DNA of 64,000 bases. Source: an uncultured Actinomycetes bacterium. GTDB lineage: Bacteria > Actinomycetota > Acidimicrobiia > IMCC26256 > DASPTH01. Of the stretch, positions 20,155 to 28,454 are shown one piece after another. Location: positions 11,843-75,842 of the forward strand of contig CAVRJC010000007.1 in assembly GCA_963721435.1 (NCBI GenBank). The letters run 5' to 3'. Under the pieces are notes generated by a model, which did no database searches, was not told the DNA's origin, and worked only from the letters and a program-made list of their open reading frames with translations. Numbering within the stretch: position 1 is the first letter of the stretch; each line of letters starts with the position of its first letter. Position numbers and translations under genes: made by a program.

Positions 20155-20886
20155 ACCCGGCCGTCGAGGCGGTGTCGGCATTCTTCCCGTGTTTCAACGA
20201 CGAGGCCACCATCGGGTCGATGGTGAACCTCGTCGTCACCACGATGGAGACGCTCGGCGTCGACGGCTGAGGTCATCGTGATCAACGACGGCTCCACCGA
20301 CGGCTCGGCCAAGGTGCTCGACGACCTGGTGCTGACCCAGCCACTGCTGCGCATCATCACGCACGAGCACAACTCGGGGTACGGCGCGGTGCTGCTGTCG
20401 GGATTCGCGAACGCCGGTCGCCAATGGGTCTTCTACACCGATGGTGACGCGCAGTACGACCCCACTGAGCTCGAGCTGCTCGTGCAGCACGCGAGCGACG
20501 ACGTCGACGTCGTGCAGGGGTACAAGCTGCGCCGCGCCGACGGCGTGCTGCGGAGTGTGGTGGGCCGCGTGTACCACCGGTTCGTGGCGGTGTTCTTCGG
20601 GTTGAAGATCCGCGACACCGACTGCGACTTCCGGCTGATCCGGCGCGCCATGCTCGACAAGATCGAGCTCGAGCACACGACCGGTGCGATCACGGTGGAG
20701 CTCGTCCGCAAGCTGCAGGACGCGGGCGCGGTGTTCACCGAGGTCGGGGTGCACCACTACCGCCGGGTGTACGGAAGCTCGGAGTTCTTCACCATCCCCG
20801 CCGTCGCGCGCACGCTCTGGGATCTCGCCGGGCTCTGGATCGGGCTGGTGGTGCTGCGCCGCGGCCGCTCGCACGGCGCCCGCTGA
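20151..20886 (+). pseudogene. GT2 polyprenol-phosphate glycosyltransferase (DPM1/ArnC/GtrB-like), split by a +1 frameshift near 20264-20268
   Basis: The N-terminal part (VSAFFPCFNDEATIGSMVNLV...TLGVDG, then stop) and the remainder (EVIVINDGSTDGS...YTDGDAQYDP...) are in adjacent frames. Removing one G from GACGGCTGAGGTC restores the typical GT2 junction LGVDAEVIVINDGS. This is either an authentic pseudogene or a sequencing indel. Confidence 0.7.
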
Positions 20887-20887
20887 C

Positions 20888-21610
20888 TCAGTCCTTCGTC
20901 GCGAGCACCAGCGCGGAGGTGCCGATGGGGAGATCGCGCGTCGCGAGAACCTTGCGCTCGGCTCGTGCCATGGGAGCGAACACCGAGTCGAGGGTGCGCC
21001 GCTCGACGTCGGACTCGGTCGGCGGCGCGGGCCGCACCCGGTCGAGCGCACCGAGCGCAGCGGCGGGCGGCGCGAGGAACGAGTAGGCGTAGGTGCAGCG
21101 GCGGGGCGTGAGCCCGGCCGCTCGCGCGAGGTCGGCGAGCTCGGCGCGGCGGTAGCGGCGCCGGGAGTGCACCGTCGAGTCGTGCGCGCGGCGGAACGCC
21201 TCGAACGCGGGCTCGACGAGCACCACGGCGCCACCACGACGCAGGACGCGCGCGAGCTCGCGCAGCGCGCGCGCGTCGTCGGGCACCGTGTAGAGCACGG
21301 TGATCGCGACGATCTGATCGAACGTCGCGTCGGCGAACGGCAGGGCCTCGAGGTCGGCACGTGCCGGCAGGGTGTCGGGCCGGTTGTCGCGCACGAACTG
21401 CAGCGCGTCGGGGGAGATGTCCACGCCGATCACGGTCCCGTGCGCTGCGAGCCACGCGCCGTTGCCGCCGGGCCCGCACCCCGCGTCCAGGGTGCGCTGC
21501 CCGCGCCCGAGCCACGGTGCCAGCAGCTCGCGCACGAGCGCGCGGGTGTTGCGGTACCACCAGTGGTCGTCTTCGACCGCGGCGATGCGCGCGTACTCCT
21601 CAGTCTCCAC
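20888..21610 (-). CDS. class I SAM-dependent methyltransferase
   Basis: SAM-binding motif I (TLDAGCGPGGNGAWLA) and VDISPDAL. Convergent with the GT2 gene. Confidence 0.85.
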   Translation of the reverse strand: METEEYARIAAVEDDHWWYRNTRALVRELLAPWLGRGQRTLDAGCGPGGNGAWLAAHGTVIGVDISPDALQFVRDNRPDTLPARADLEALPFADATFDQIVAITVLYTVPDDARALRELARVLRRGGAVVLVEPAFEAFRRAHDSTVHSRRRYRRAELADLARAAGLTPRRCTYAYSFLAPPAAALGALDRVRPAPPTESDVERRTLDSVFAPMARAERKVLATRDLPIGTSALVLATKD

Positions 21611-21715
21611 ATTCCCGCTCTCGGCCTGCGGCCGGGCCGCACGACGCCCCGCCTGCGCAACGGCTCGCGCTGGGCCAGCGTACCTGCGCCGCGGGTGCTC
21701 GCCTCGGGTTGAGAG

Positions 21716-23932
21716 TTATCGGTCGGCGACGCGGAGGGTCTCGATGACGAGGTCCGACGACGACCACGCCTGCACGCCCACCCGCTGACCCGCGGGTGCG
21801 TTGCGACCGCGCTCGACCGAGCCCTGCTCGAGGTCGTCGATGGTCATCACGACGGTGTCGTTCACCGATGCGACGAGGCGCTGGCCCACGATGTCGAGGC
21901 GCACGGTGAGGTTGCCGTACATCGTGCTCGGGTCGTCGGCGGCGACGTGTGCGATCGGGTTCCAGAGCTCGCGGTCGGCCTGCCACTGGCGCACGAGGTA
22001 CCCGCCGCCTTCGTACACCGGGTCGACGTCGAACGAGTACGCCGACATGCGGCCCTCGTCGTCGACGTCGGCGCGGAACAGCACACCGAAGCCAGGCCCG
22101 GCGCGGAACTCGAGATCGACTTCCACGAGGTAGCGATCGGACACGGTGAGGTTGGCGAGCGCCCACCGCTCGTCGGCCCGTCGCATGACCAGCGCACCCT
22201 GGCCGCGTACTTCGACCAGCGGCAGCGCGTTGCCGAGCTCCCAGTCGTCGTCGGCCCTGATCCACGCCTCGGGTTCCGGGTCGCCACTGCGGTCGAGCCG
22301 GTTGGCGGCATCGGTGACGGGCTCGGCGGTGTCCGAAGTCTCGTCAGTCTCGTCAGTCTCGTCAGTCTCGTCAGTCTCGTCAGTCTCTGCGGGCGCGGGC
22401 TCGATCGCCGCTTCCTCGGGCCGCCAGGAGATCGGCGAGAGGGCGTCACCCTCGTCCGGTGCGTCGACCTGGTCGGGACTCTTCAGGGGCTCAGTCGGCT
22501 CCCACGTCGGCGGCTCGTCGACCGCGACGAGCTTGTCGAGCAGGTCGGTGGCGCCATGGGCGTCGACATCGTCCGCCACGTCGACGTCGGCAATCTCGTC
22601 GTCGATCGTCTCGGTCTCGTCGACCGTTGTCTCGAACCTGCCGCGGGTGCGCCGCTCCGGGCGGGGTGCCGCCGGTGCGTCGGGGTCGCCCCAATCGACG
22701 AGGAACCCGGTGCTCGTGGCCTCGGGGTCGGGCTCGTGCGCCCACGGTGCGGGCGCGGGCTCGGCGAGCGGTGCGGCCTGCAGCGGCGGCAGATCGCGGA
22801 GGTCCTCGTAGCTCGTGAGCGCGATGACCTCGACGGCCGCCTCGTCGGCATGGCCGTCGACCCCGGGCTGGAGGTCGAACGCCTCGGCCGGGCTCCATGC
22901 GTCGGGCACCTCGGTGGTGCCTGCGTCACCCGGCCACTCCGGCGCGCCCGACGTCGTGTCCGGCTCGTTCCAGACACCCGACGTCGCGGTCTCCCAGTCG
23001 GGCGTCTCCCACGCGGGCCGCGCGTCGGGATCCCAGTCGGTGGTCCACGCCGGCGGCGTGAAGGTCTCGCCGCGGAGGGCGACGTCGATCGGCGGCGCAT
23101 CGGCCGGCGACCACGAACGGTCGACGGTCTCCGATGCGGCTTCGACGACGGTGGGAGCATCGAAGTCGGTGTGCCCGGGCGCCTGCACGTCGGCGACGGA
23201 TGCCGCGCCCGGCAGCACGAACGGCTCGTCGTCGACGAGCTCGAAGGTCCCGGACGGTGGTGCGATCGCCGAGTCGATCATGCCGGACTCGCCTATGGCG
23301 GCGAACGGCACGGCTTCCGCCATCCCCGATTCGACCGGCGCGTCGGCGGTGAGGAACGCGGGTGGCGCGAGCATGTCGGGGTAGTCGTGCGGGTCATCGG
23401 TCAGCGCTACCGGCTCGGGCAGCCGCGCGAGCTCTTCGAACACGTCGACGGGCGCCGCGGTCGTCGGCTCGGTGGAGGCGGATGCGGGCGCGAACGGCTC
23501 CGGCGCGAAGAACGGCTCCGGCGGTTCGGGCAGCGCCGTTGGAGCGGGCGCGGCCTGCGGACCGGAGTAGACCGGCGTGGGCTGGTCGGCCGCTTCGAGC
23601 GCGAGGACTGCACGGCCACCCGCACCGTTCTGCTGCCCGCGGCGCAGGAACGCGATCGTGTCGCCGATGCTCTCGGGGCCGGCTTCGAGCTCGAGCGCGC
23701 CCTGGTCGGGCACCAGCTCGCTGACGTCGACGCCGCAGGATCCGGCGAGCACCCAGAGGTCGCTCTCGGGGATCGGCACCTTGCCCCGCTCGTACGCGAC
23801 GAGCTCGCGGCGGCTCAGCCCGGCGCCGCGCGCGACCTCGGAGAGCGAGAGGCCCTTCCGTCGCCGCACTGCGCGCAATTGCTTGCCGAGTTGCTTCGGA
23901 TTGGTCGTCGGGATGGTCGCCGCCTCGGCCAT
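21716..23932 (-). CDS. HTH_XRE DNA-binding protein with a long acidic Pro-rich disordered linker and a C-terminal DUF1080/LamG-like jelly-roll domain
   Basis: The start is taken at the ATG at 23932 (MAEAATIPTTNPKQLGKQLRAVRRRKGLSLSEVARGAGLSRRELVAYERGKVPIPESDLWVLAGSCGVDVSELV, an XRE-type HTH); sequence upstream of it in the 1207-aa ORF is low-complexity. About 500 aa of D/E/P/A/T-rich low-complexity sequence follow, including an ETDETDETDETDETDET repeat. The C-terminal roughly 180 aa (LTVSDRYLVEVDLEFRAGPGFGVLFRA...GQRVGVQAWSSSDLVIETLRV) match the DUF1080 / 3-keto-disaccharide-hydrolase-like beta-sandwich pattern. I see no TM helix. Confidence 0.7.
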   Translation of the reverse strand: MAEAATIPTTNPKQLGKQLRAVRRRKGLSLSEVARGAGLSRRELVAYERGKVPIPESDLWVLAGSCGVDVSELVPDQGALELEAGPESIGDTIAFLRRGQQNGAGGRAVLALEAADQPTPVYSGPQAAPAPTALPEPPEPFFAPEPFAPASASTEPTTAAPVDVFEELARLPEPVALTDDPHDYPDMLAPPAFLTADAPVESGMAEAVPFAAIGESGMIDSAIAPPSGTFELVDDEPFVLPGAASVADVQAPGHTDFDAPTVVEAASETVDRSWSPADAPPIDVALRGETFTPPAWTTDWDPDARPAWETPDWETATSGVWNEPDTTSGAPEWPGDAGTTEVPDAWSPAEAFDLQPGVDGHADEAAVEVIALTSYEDLRDLPPLQAAPLAEPAPAPWAHEPDPEATSTGFLVDWGDPDAPAAPRPERRTRGRFETTVDETETIDDEIADVDVADDVDAHGATDLLDKLVAVDEPPTWEPTEPLKSPDQVDAPDEGDALSPISWRPEEAAIEPAPAETDETDETDETDETDETSDTAEPVTDAANRLDRSGDPEPEAWIRADDDWELGNALPLVEVRGQGALVMRRADERWALANLTVSDRYLVEVDLEFRAGPGFGVLFRADVDDEGRMSAYSFDVDPVYEGGGYLVRQWQADRELWNPIAHVAADDPSTMYGNLTVRLDIVGQRLVASVNDTVVMTIDDLEQGSVERGRNAPAGQRVGVQAWSSSDLVIETLRVADR
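22338..22387. repeat. 9-bp microsatellite GTCTCGTCA, 5 full copies plus a partial copy, inside the coding sequence; encodes (ETD)n on the minus strand
   Basis: Read directly: the unit GTCTCGTCA tiles 22338-22382 and ends in a truncated copy. The unit length is a multiple of 3, so copy-number changes stay in frame. Confidence 0.9.
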
Positions 23933-24010
23933 GATCTTTGGTATCGGCTGCTCACCCGTCTGCCTGAAGGGTGAGCTGCACGGGTCTGGTCGGGGTAGGT
24001 TCGCGGCTTC

Positions 24011-24571
24011 ATGGCCATCTACGCCCTCGGCGACTCCGCACCGCAGATCCATCCCGCGGCATACGTGCACCCCGACGCCACCGTCATCGGCAACGTCACG
24101 ATCGGCCCGCAGTCGACGGTGTGGCCCCAGACCGTCCTCCGGGGTGACTACGGCCGGATCGAGATCGGTGCCCGCACGTCGATCCAGGACGGCAGCGTGG
24201 TACACACCACCGCGTTGCTCCCGACGATCATCGGCGACGACTGCGTGATCGGGCACCTGGTGCACCTCGAGTGCTGCACGGTGCAGGACCGCGCGCTCGT
24301 CGGCACGGGCGCGATCGTGCTGCACTCGGCGGTGATCGAGTCGGGTGCGTGGGTCGGCGCCGGGGCGGTGGTCCCGAACCGCATGATCGTGCCCACCGGG
24401 GCGATGGCCCTCGGTGTGCCGGCGAAACTGCGCGAAGGCGTGGTCGATCCCGACGAGATCCAGCGGATGGCCGACCTCTATATCGGCAACGCCACGCGCT
24501 ACCAGCGCCGAGCTGCGCCGCATCGACTGACGCGCGGCGCGCGCGTCAGTCGATGCGCGGTCGATGCGTGA
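24011..24571 (+). CDS. gamma-class carbonic anhydrase family protein (hexapeptide-repeat left-handed beta-helix, YrdA/PaaY-like)
   Basis: Repeating [LIV]GxxxxIxxxxVIG hexapeptides, with PQIHPAAYVHPDATVIGNVTIG and the metal-ligand His context. Confidence 0.9.
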   Translation: MAIYALGDSAPQIHPAAYVHPDATVIGNVTIGPQSTVWPQTVLRGDYGRIEIGARTSIQDGSVVHTTALLPTIIGDDCVIGHLVHLECCTVQDRALVGTGAIVLHSAVIESGAWVGAGAVVPNRMIVPTGAMALGVPAKLREGVVDPDEIQRMADLYIGNATRYQRRAAPHRLTRGARVSRCAVDA

Positions 24572-24606
24572 CCGTCGATGCCTGACCGTTGACGCCTGAC
24601 CCTTGA

Positions 24607-25905
24607 CTAACCCTTGACGTACGCGAACTTCTCGGCGACCTTGCCGTCGCGCACGCGGATGACATCGACGCCGCGGATGTGTGCGGTCGTGCCGTCGTCG
24701 TTCTCCCACGAGTAGACCCACTGCACGACACACCGGTCGCCCGTCACGATCACGTCTTCGGCATCGAAGTGCGCGGTCGGTGACGCGGCGAAGAATTCCT
24801 GCCACGCACCGCGCACCGCGGCTGCCCCCTCGAATCGTCGGCCCTCGGGTGGCGACGTGTTCTCGAACACACAGTCGTCGGTCATCGCGGCCATCACGCC
24901 GTCGACATCGTGGCGGTTGAACGCGTCGTTGAACCGGTCGACCGCTTCGGCCGTCGCCGACTCGCTGGATGCCATGGTCACTCCTGTCTCGTCGCCGTCC
25001 GGTCGGTACAGGTCGGGTTCCACGAACATCAGCCGCGCCTCGGGCACCGAGGTTCGCACGCGCGCTTCCACCGTGTCGATCGCGCGCGCGACCTCGGGCA
25101 CGGTCGACACGCTGAATTCGAGCTTGGTCGCGACGAGCACGTCGTCGGGGCCGAGGTGCATCGTGCGCAGGTGTATCACGCGCGACACCTCGTCGCCGTC
25201 GTGGATCGCGGTCCGGATCCGCGCCTCCAGTGTCGGGGACGCCGACTCGCCGATCAGCAGGCTCTTCATCTCGATCGCGAGCACGATGGCGATCACGCCG
25301 AGGAGCAGGCCGATCGCGAGGCTCCCGACCGCGTCCCAACGGTCATTGCCGGTGACCTCGGCGAGGGTGATGCCGACGAGGGCCATGAACAGGCCGGCGA
25401 GCGCGCCCGTGTCTTCGAGCAGCACGACGGGGAGCTCGGGGTTCTTGGTCGTGTGGATGAACTGCCACCACGAGCGGCCGTCACGCGACGGGTTCGCTTC
25501 GCGACGCGCGGTGCGGAGTGACAGTCCTTCGAGCACGATCGCGACGCCGAGCACCACGTACGCGACGATCGGTGATTCGATGTGCTCCGGAGTGATGAGC
25601 TTCTGGATGCCCTCGTACAGCGCGAACATCGAGCCGAGCGTGAACAGCACCAGCGCGACGACGAACGCCCAGAAGTAGCGCTCGGCGCTGTACCCGAAGG
25701 GATGTTGCACGCTCGGCGCGCGCTTGCTCCGCCGGCCGCCGAGGAAGAGCAATCCCTGGTTGCCGGTGTCGGCCACCGAGTGGATCGCCTCCGCGAGCAT
25801 CGACGCCGAGCCCGTGATCGCGAACGCAAAGAACTTCGATGCCGCGATCCCGAGGTTGGCGAGGAACGCGGCGACGATGGCCCGGCGAGTCGCCTGGTCA
25901 GTCAT
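24607..25905 (-). CDS. cation diffusion facilitator (CDF) transporter with an in-frame C-terminal SnoaL/NTF2-like domain
   Basis: Starts MTDQATRRAIVAAFLANLGIAASKFFAFAITGSASMLAEAIHSVADTGNQ, with CDF TM helices carrying the HS.AD and DxxxH metal-site context, then the cytoplasmic CTD (...EARLMFVEPD). With no stop in between, a 120-aa SnoaL-like domain follows (AVDRFNDAFNRHDVDGVMAAMTDDCVFE...GVDVIRVRDGKVAEKFAYVKG). Confidence 0.8.
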   Translation of the reverse strand: MTDQATRRAIVAAFLANLGIAASKFFAFAITGSASMLAEAIHSVADTGNQGLLFLGGRRSKRAPSVQHPFGYSAERYFWAFVVALVLFTLGSMFALYEGIQKLITPEHIESPIVAYVVLGVAIVLEGLSLRTARREANPSRDGRSWWQFIHTTKNPELPVVLLEDTGALAGLFMALVGITLAEVTGNDRWDAVGSLAIGLLLGVIAIVLAIEMKSLLIGESASPTLEARIRTAIHDGDEVSRVIHLRTMHLGPDDVLVATKLEFSVSTVPEVARAIDTVEARVRTSVPEARLMFVEPDLYRPDGDETGVTMASSESATAEAVDRFNDAFNRHDVDGVMAAMTDDCVFENTSPPEGRRFEGAAAVRGAWQEFFAASPTAHFDAEDVIVTGDRCVVQWVYSWENDDGTTAHIRGVDVIRVRDGKVAEKFAYVKG

Positions 25906-26608
25906 CCCGTACGTCCCACACGGTGCTCGTCGCCAACCGCACGGTGTCGCCGTCGGCACTCGAGAGGCGCAGCACCGAGGTGCCGCGCTCGTAGCCGTCG
26001 AACCGCGCCGTGACCGTGTCGGCGGTGCCGTCGACGGCAGTGTGCGCGACGGTGAGCACGCGGCCTTTCCCGAGCCGGAGGCGTTCGTCCCATCCGTAGC
26101 GGAGGCACCCGTCGGGCCCACGTCGCGGTGGCTTGCCGACGTGCACGCGCTGCTCGCGGTACGACGCCGCCAGGACCGCGGCGTGCTCGGGGCCCCAGAA
26201 CTCGGCGGTGGCGTCGAGCAGCACGCGTGCGAACGTGCGGCCGTGATGCGGGAGCCCGGAGTCGATCCCGAGTGCCCAGTGGGTCATCTCGTGGAGGACG
26301 ACGCCCTTCGTGCGGTACCGCCGCGGCAGCGTGATCGTCGGGCCGGTGTCTTCCACTCGGAAGAACGCCTGGCGCGCGCCGTTCCCCGGACGCAAGCGGG
26401 GAACCGACGCGAGATCGTGGTCGGGGAACCGCTCGTGCCACCAGAGCGTGCCGACCACACGGTCGATGAAGCGTGCACAGGCCTCGAGGCCGGGGAGGGG
26501 GCTCGTGGGCAGCGGGGTCTCCGCGAGGTACACCCGGCTGCGTTGCGCGTCCCGTGGTCGCCGCCGCGGCGGCGTCGCAGGCTGGCGGCCGGCCGCAGAG
26601 GGATCCAT
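25898..26608 (-). CDS. putative HExxH zinc metallohydrolase (TIGR04338-like) with a C-terminal extension
   Basis: HEMTHW zinc-binding motif within VVLHEMTHWALGIDSGLPHHGRTFARVLLD. It overlaps the downstream CDF gene start by 8 nt, so the two are probably co-transcribed. Confidence 0.55.
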   Translation of the reverse strand: MDPSAAGRQPATPPRRRPRDAQRSRVYLAETPLPTSPLPGLEACARFIDRVVGTLWWHERFPDHDLASVPRLRPGNGARQAFFRVEDTGPTITLPRRYRTKGVVLHEMTHWALGIDSGLPHHGRTFARVLLDATAEFWGPEHAAVLAASYREQRVHVGKPPRRGPDGCLRYGWDERLRLGKGRVLTVAHTAVDGTADTVTARFDGYERGTSVLRLSSADGDTVRLATSTVWDVRDD

Positions 26609-26673
26609 TCGTCGTCAAGCTAGGCTCCGCCCGTGGCGTCCACGGGCAACTTCTCGGTGTTGCAAGGGCCTTC

Positions 26674-27582
26674 GTGACCGAACCCGTCGTCCGGATCGCA
26701 GGCCTCTCGAAGCAGTTCGGCGAGGTGGTACTCGCCGTCGACGACCTCAGCTTCGAGGTCGAGCGCGGGCAGGTGTGCGGGCTGCTCGGCCCCAACGGCG
26801 CAGGCAAGACCACGTGCCTGCGGATGCTGCTCGGGCTGATCAAGCCGACGCGCGGCGACACGTACCTGTTCGGCGAGAAGGTCGCGCCGGGTACGGAGTC
26901 GCTCCGGCGGGTCGGCGCGCTGATCGAGACCGCCGCGTTCGTGCCGCACCTGTCGGGCCAGAAGAACCTCGAGCTGTGGTGGAAGGCAGGCGGCGCGCGC
27001 CTCGCCGACGCCGATTTCGAGCAGGCGCTCGCGATCGCCGATCTCGGTGACGCGGTCAAGCGCAAGGTCAAGACGTACTCGCAAGGCATGAAGCAGCGCC
27101 TCGGGCTCGCGCGAGTGCTGCTCGGCCGTCCTGAGGTGCTCGTGCTCGACGAACCGACCAATGGCCTCGATCCCGGTGAGATGCGAGAGGTCCGGCTGCT
27201 CGTGCACCGCCTCGCCGACGCCGGGGCGACGGTGCTCTTCTCGAGCCACGTGCTCGCGGAGGTCGAGCAGATCTGCTCGCACGCCGTCGTGATGGACCGT
27301 GGTCACCTCGTGGCCTCGGGCTCCGTCGCCACCCTCATCGGGAGCGCGGGATCGGTCTACCTCGAGGTCGACGACGTCGAACGCGCCCGTGCCGTCCTCG
27401 AGCCGATGCCGAACGTGAAGCGGGTCGACTCCGAGCCGCCCGGCCTCGCGGTCGCGATCACCGGCGGCTCACGCGCCGAACTGGTCGCGGCACTGGTGCG
27501 AGCGGAGATCGGCGTCGAGACCGTCACCGCGCGCCGCCGGCTCGAAGAGGCGTTCCTCGGGCTGGTGGAGGCTGATCGCTGA
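26674..27582 (+). CDS. ABC transporter ATP-binding protein (ABC-2 exporter type)
   Basis: Walker A (GPNGAGKTT), signature YSQGMKQRLGLA and Walker B (VLVLDEPTNGLD). GTG start at 26674. Its stop overlaps the permease start (TGATG). Confidence 0.85.
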   Translation: MTEPVVRIAGLSKQFGEVVLAVDDLSFEVERGQVCGLLGPNGAGKTTCLRMLLGLIKPTRGDTYLFGEKVAPGTESLRRVGALIETAAFVPHLSGQKNLELWWKAGGARLADADFEQALAIADLGDAVKRKVKTYSQGMKQRLGLARVLLGRPEVLVLDEPTNGLDPGEMREVRLLVHRLADAGATVLFSSHVLAEVEQICSHAVVMDRGHLVASGSVATLIGSAGSVYLEVDDVERARAVLEPMPNVKRVDSEPPGLAVAITGGSRAELVAALVRAEIGVETVTARRRLEEAFLGLVEADR

Positions 27583-28454
27583 TGGCTGCGGTCACGACCC
27601 CCCCGGCGACCCGATCGGCTGCCGGACACCCGAGCACACCCGCGGTGGTGCGCGCCGAGCTCTCCAAGGCCGGTCGTCGCCTCCGTACCTACGTCGCGTA
27701 CGGCATCGTCGCCGCGATCCCGATCATCATCACGTTCGTCCTCAAGGCGAACCCGCCCGACAACGTGCAGGACGGCCCTCGCCTCGCGTTCCTCGGTTCC
27801 CTTTCGGGGTTGCTGATTCCCGCGTTCGCGTTGCGGATCACGAGCGAGTTCCTCCTCGTCGTGGTGGTGTCACTGTTCGCCGGCGATGCGATCGCGGGGG
27901 AGGCGTCGTGGGGGAACCTGCGGTACCTGCTCATGCGCCCGATCGGGCGCGGCCGCCTGTTCGCGGCCAAGTTCATCGTGTCGGTCGTCTACGGGTGGAT
28001 CGCGGTCGTGATCGTGGTGGTGGTCGGCACGATCGTCGGTGGCATCGTGTTCGGGTTCCACGGCATCAATCTCGGATTCGGCCCGTTCGGGATCGTCGAG
28101 TCGGCGTCGAGCATCGTCGGCCATCTCGCGATCGCGACGGTCTACGTGTCGTGGTTCCTCACGACGATCATCGCGTTCTCGTTCATGCTCGGGTGCATGA
28201 CCGACTCGCCGGGCGGTGCGATCCTCGGCGGGATCGGGCTGTGGATCACCTTCGCCATCCTCGACGCCATCGACTCGCTCGGGCAGATCCGATACTTCTT
28301 CCCGACGCACTGGTCGGGCGCGTGGGTCGACATGTTCACGAGAAACAGCGTGAGCGACGACATGATCCGGGGCGCCCTGCTCACGCTGGGATACGTGATC
28401 GTGTTCGTGGGCATCGCGGCGTGGTGGTTCCGCCGCAAGGACATCCTCAGCTGA
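27582..28454 (+). CDS. ABC-2 family transporter permease
   Basis: 290 aa with 6 TM segments, translationally coupled to the ATPase gene. Confidence 0.8.
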   Translation: MAAVTTPPATRSAAGHPSTPAVVRAELSKAGRRLRTYVAYGIVAAIPIIITFVLKANPPDNVQDGPRLAFLGSLSGLLIPAFALRITSEFLLVVVVSLFAGDAIAGEASWGNLRYLLMRPIGRGRLFAAKFIVSVVYGWIAVVIVVVVGTIVGGIVFGFHGINLGFGPFGIVESASSIVGHLAIATVYVSWFLTTIIAFSFMLGCMTDSPGGAILGGIGLWITFAILDAIDSLGQIRYFFPTHWSGAWVDMFTRNSVSDDMIRGALLTLGYVIVFVGIAAWWFRRKDILS

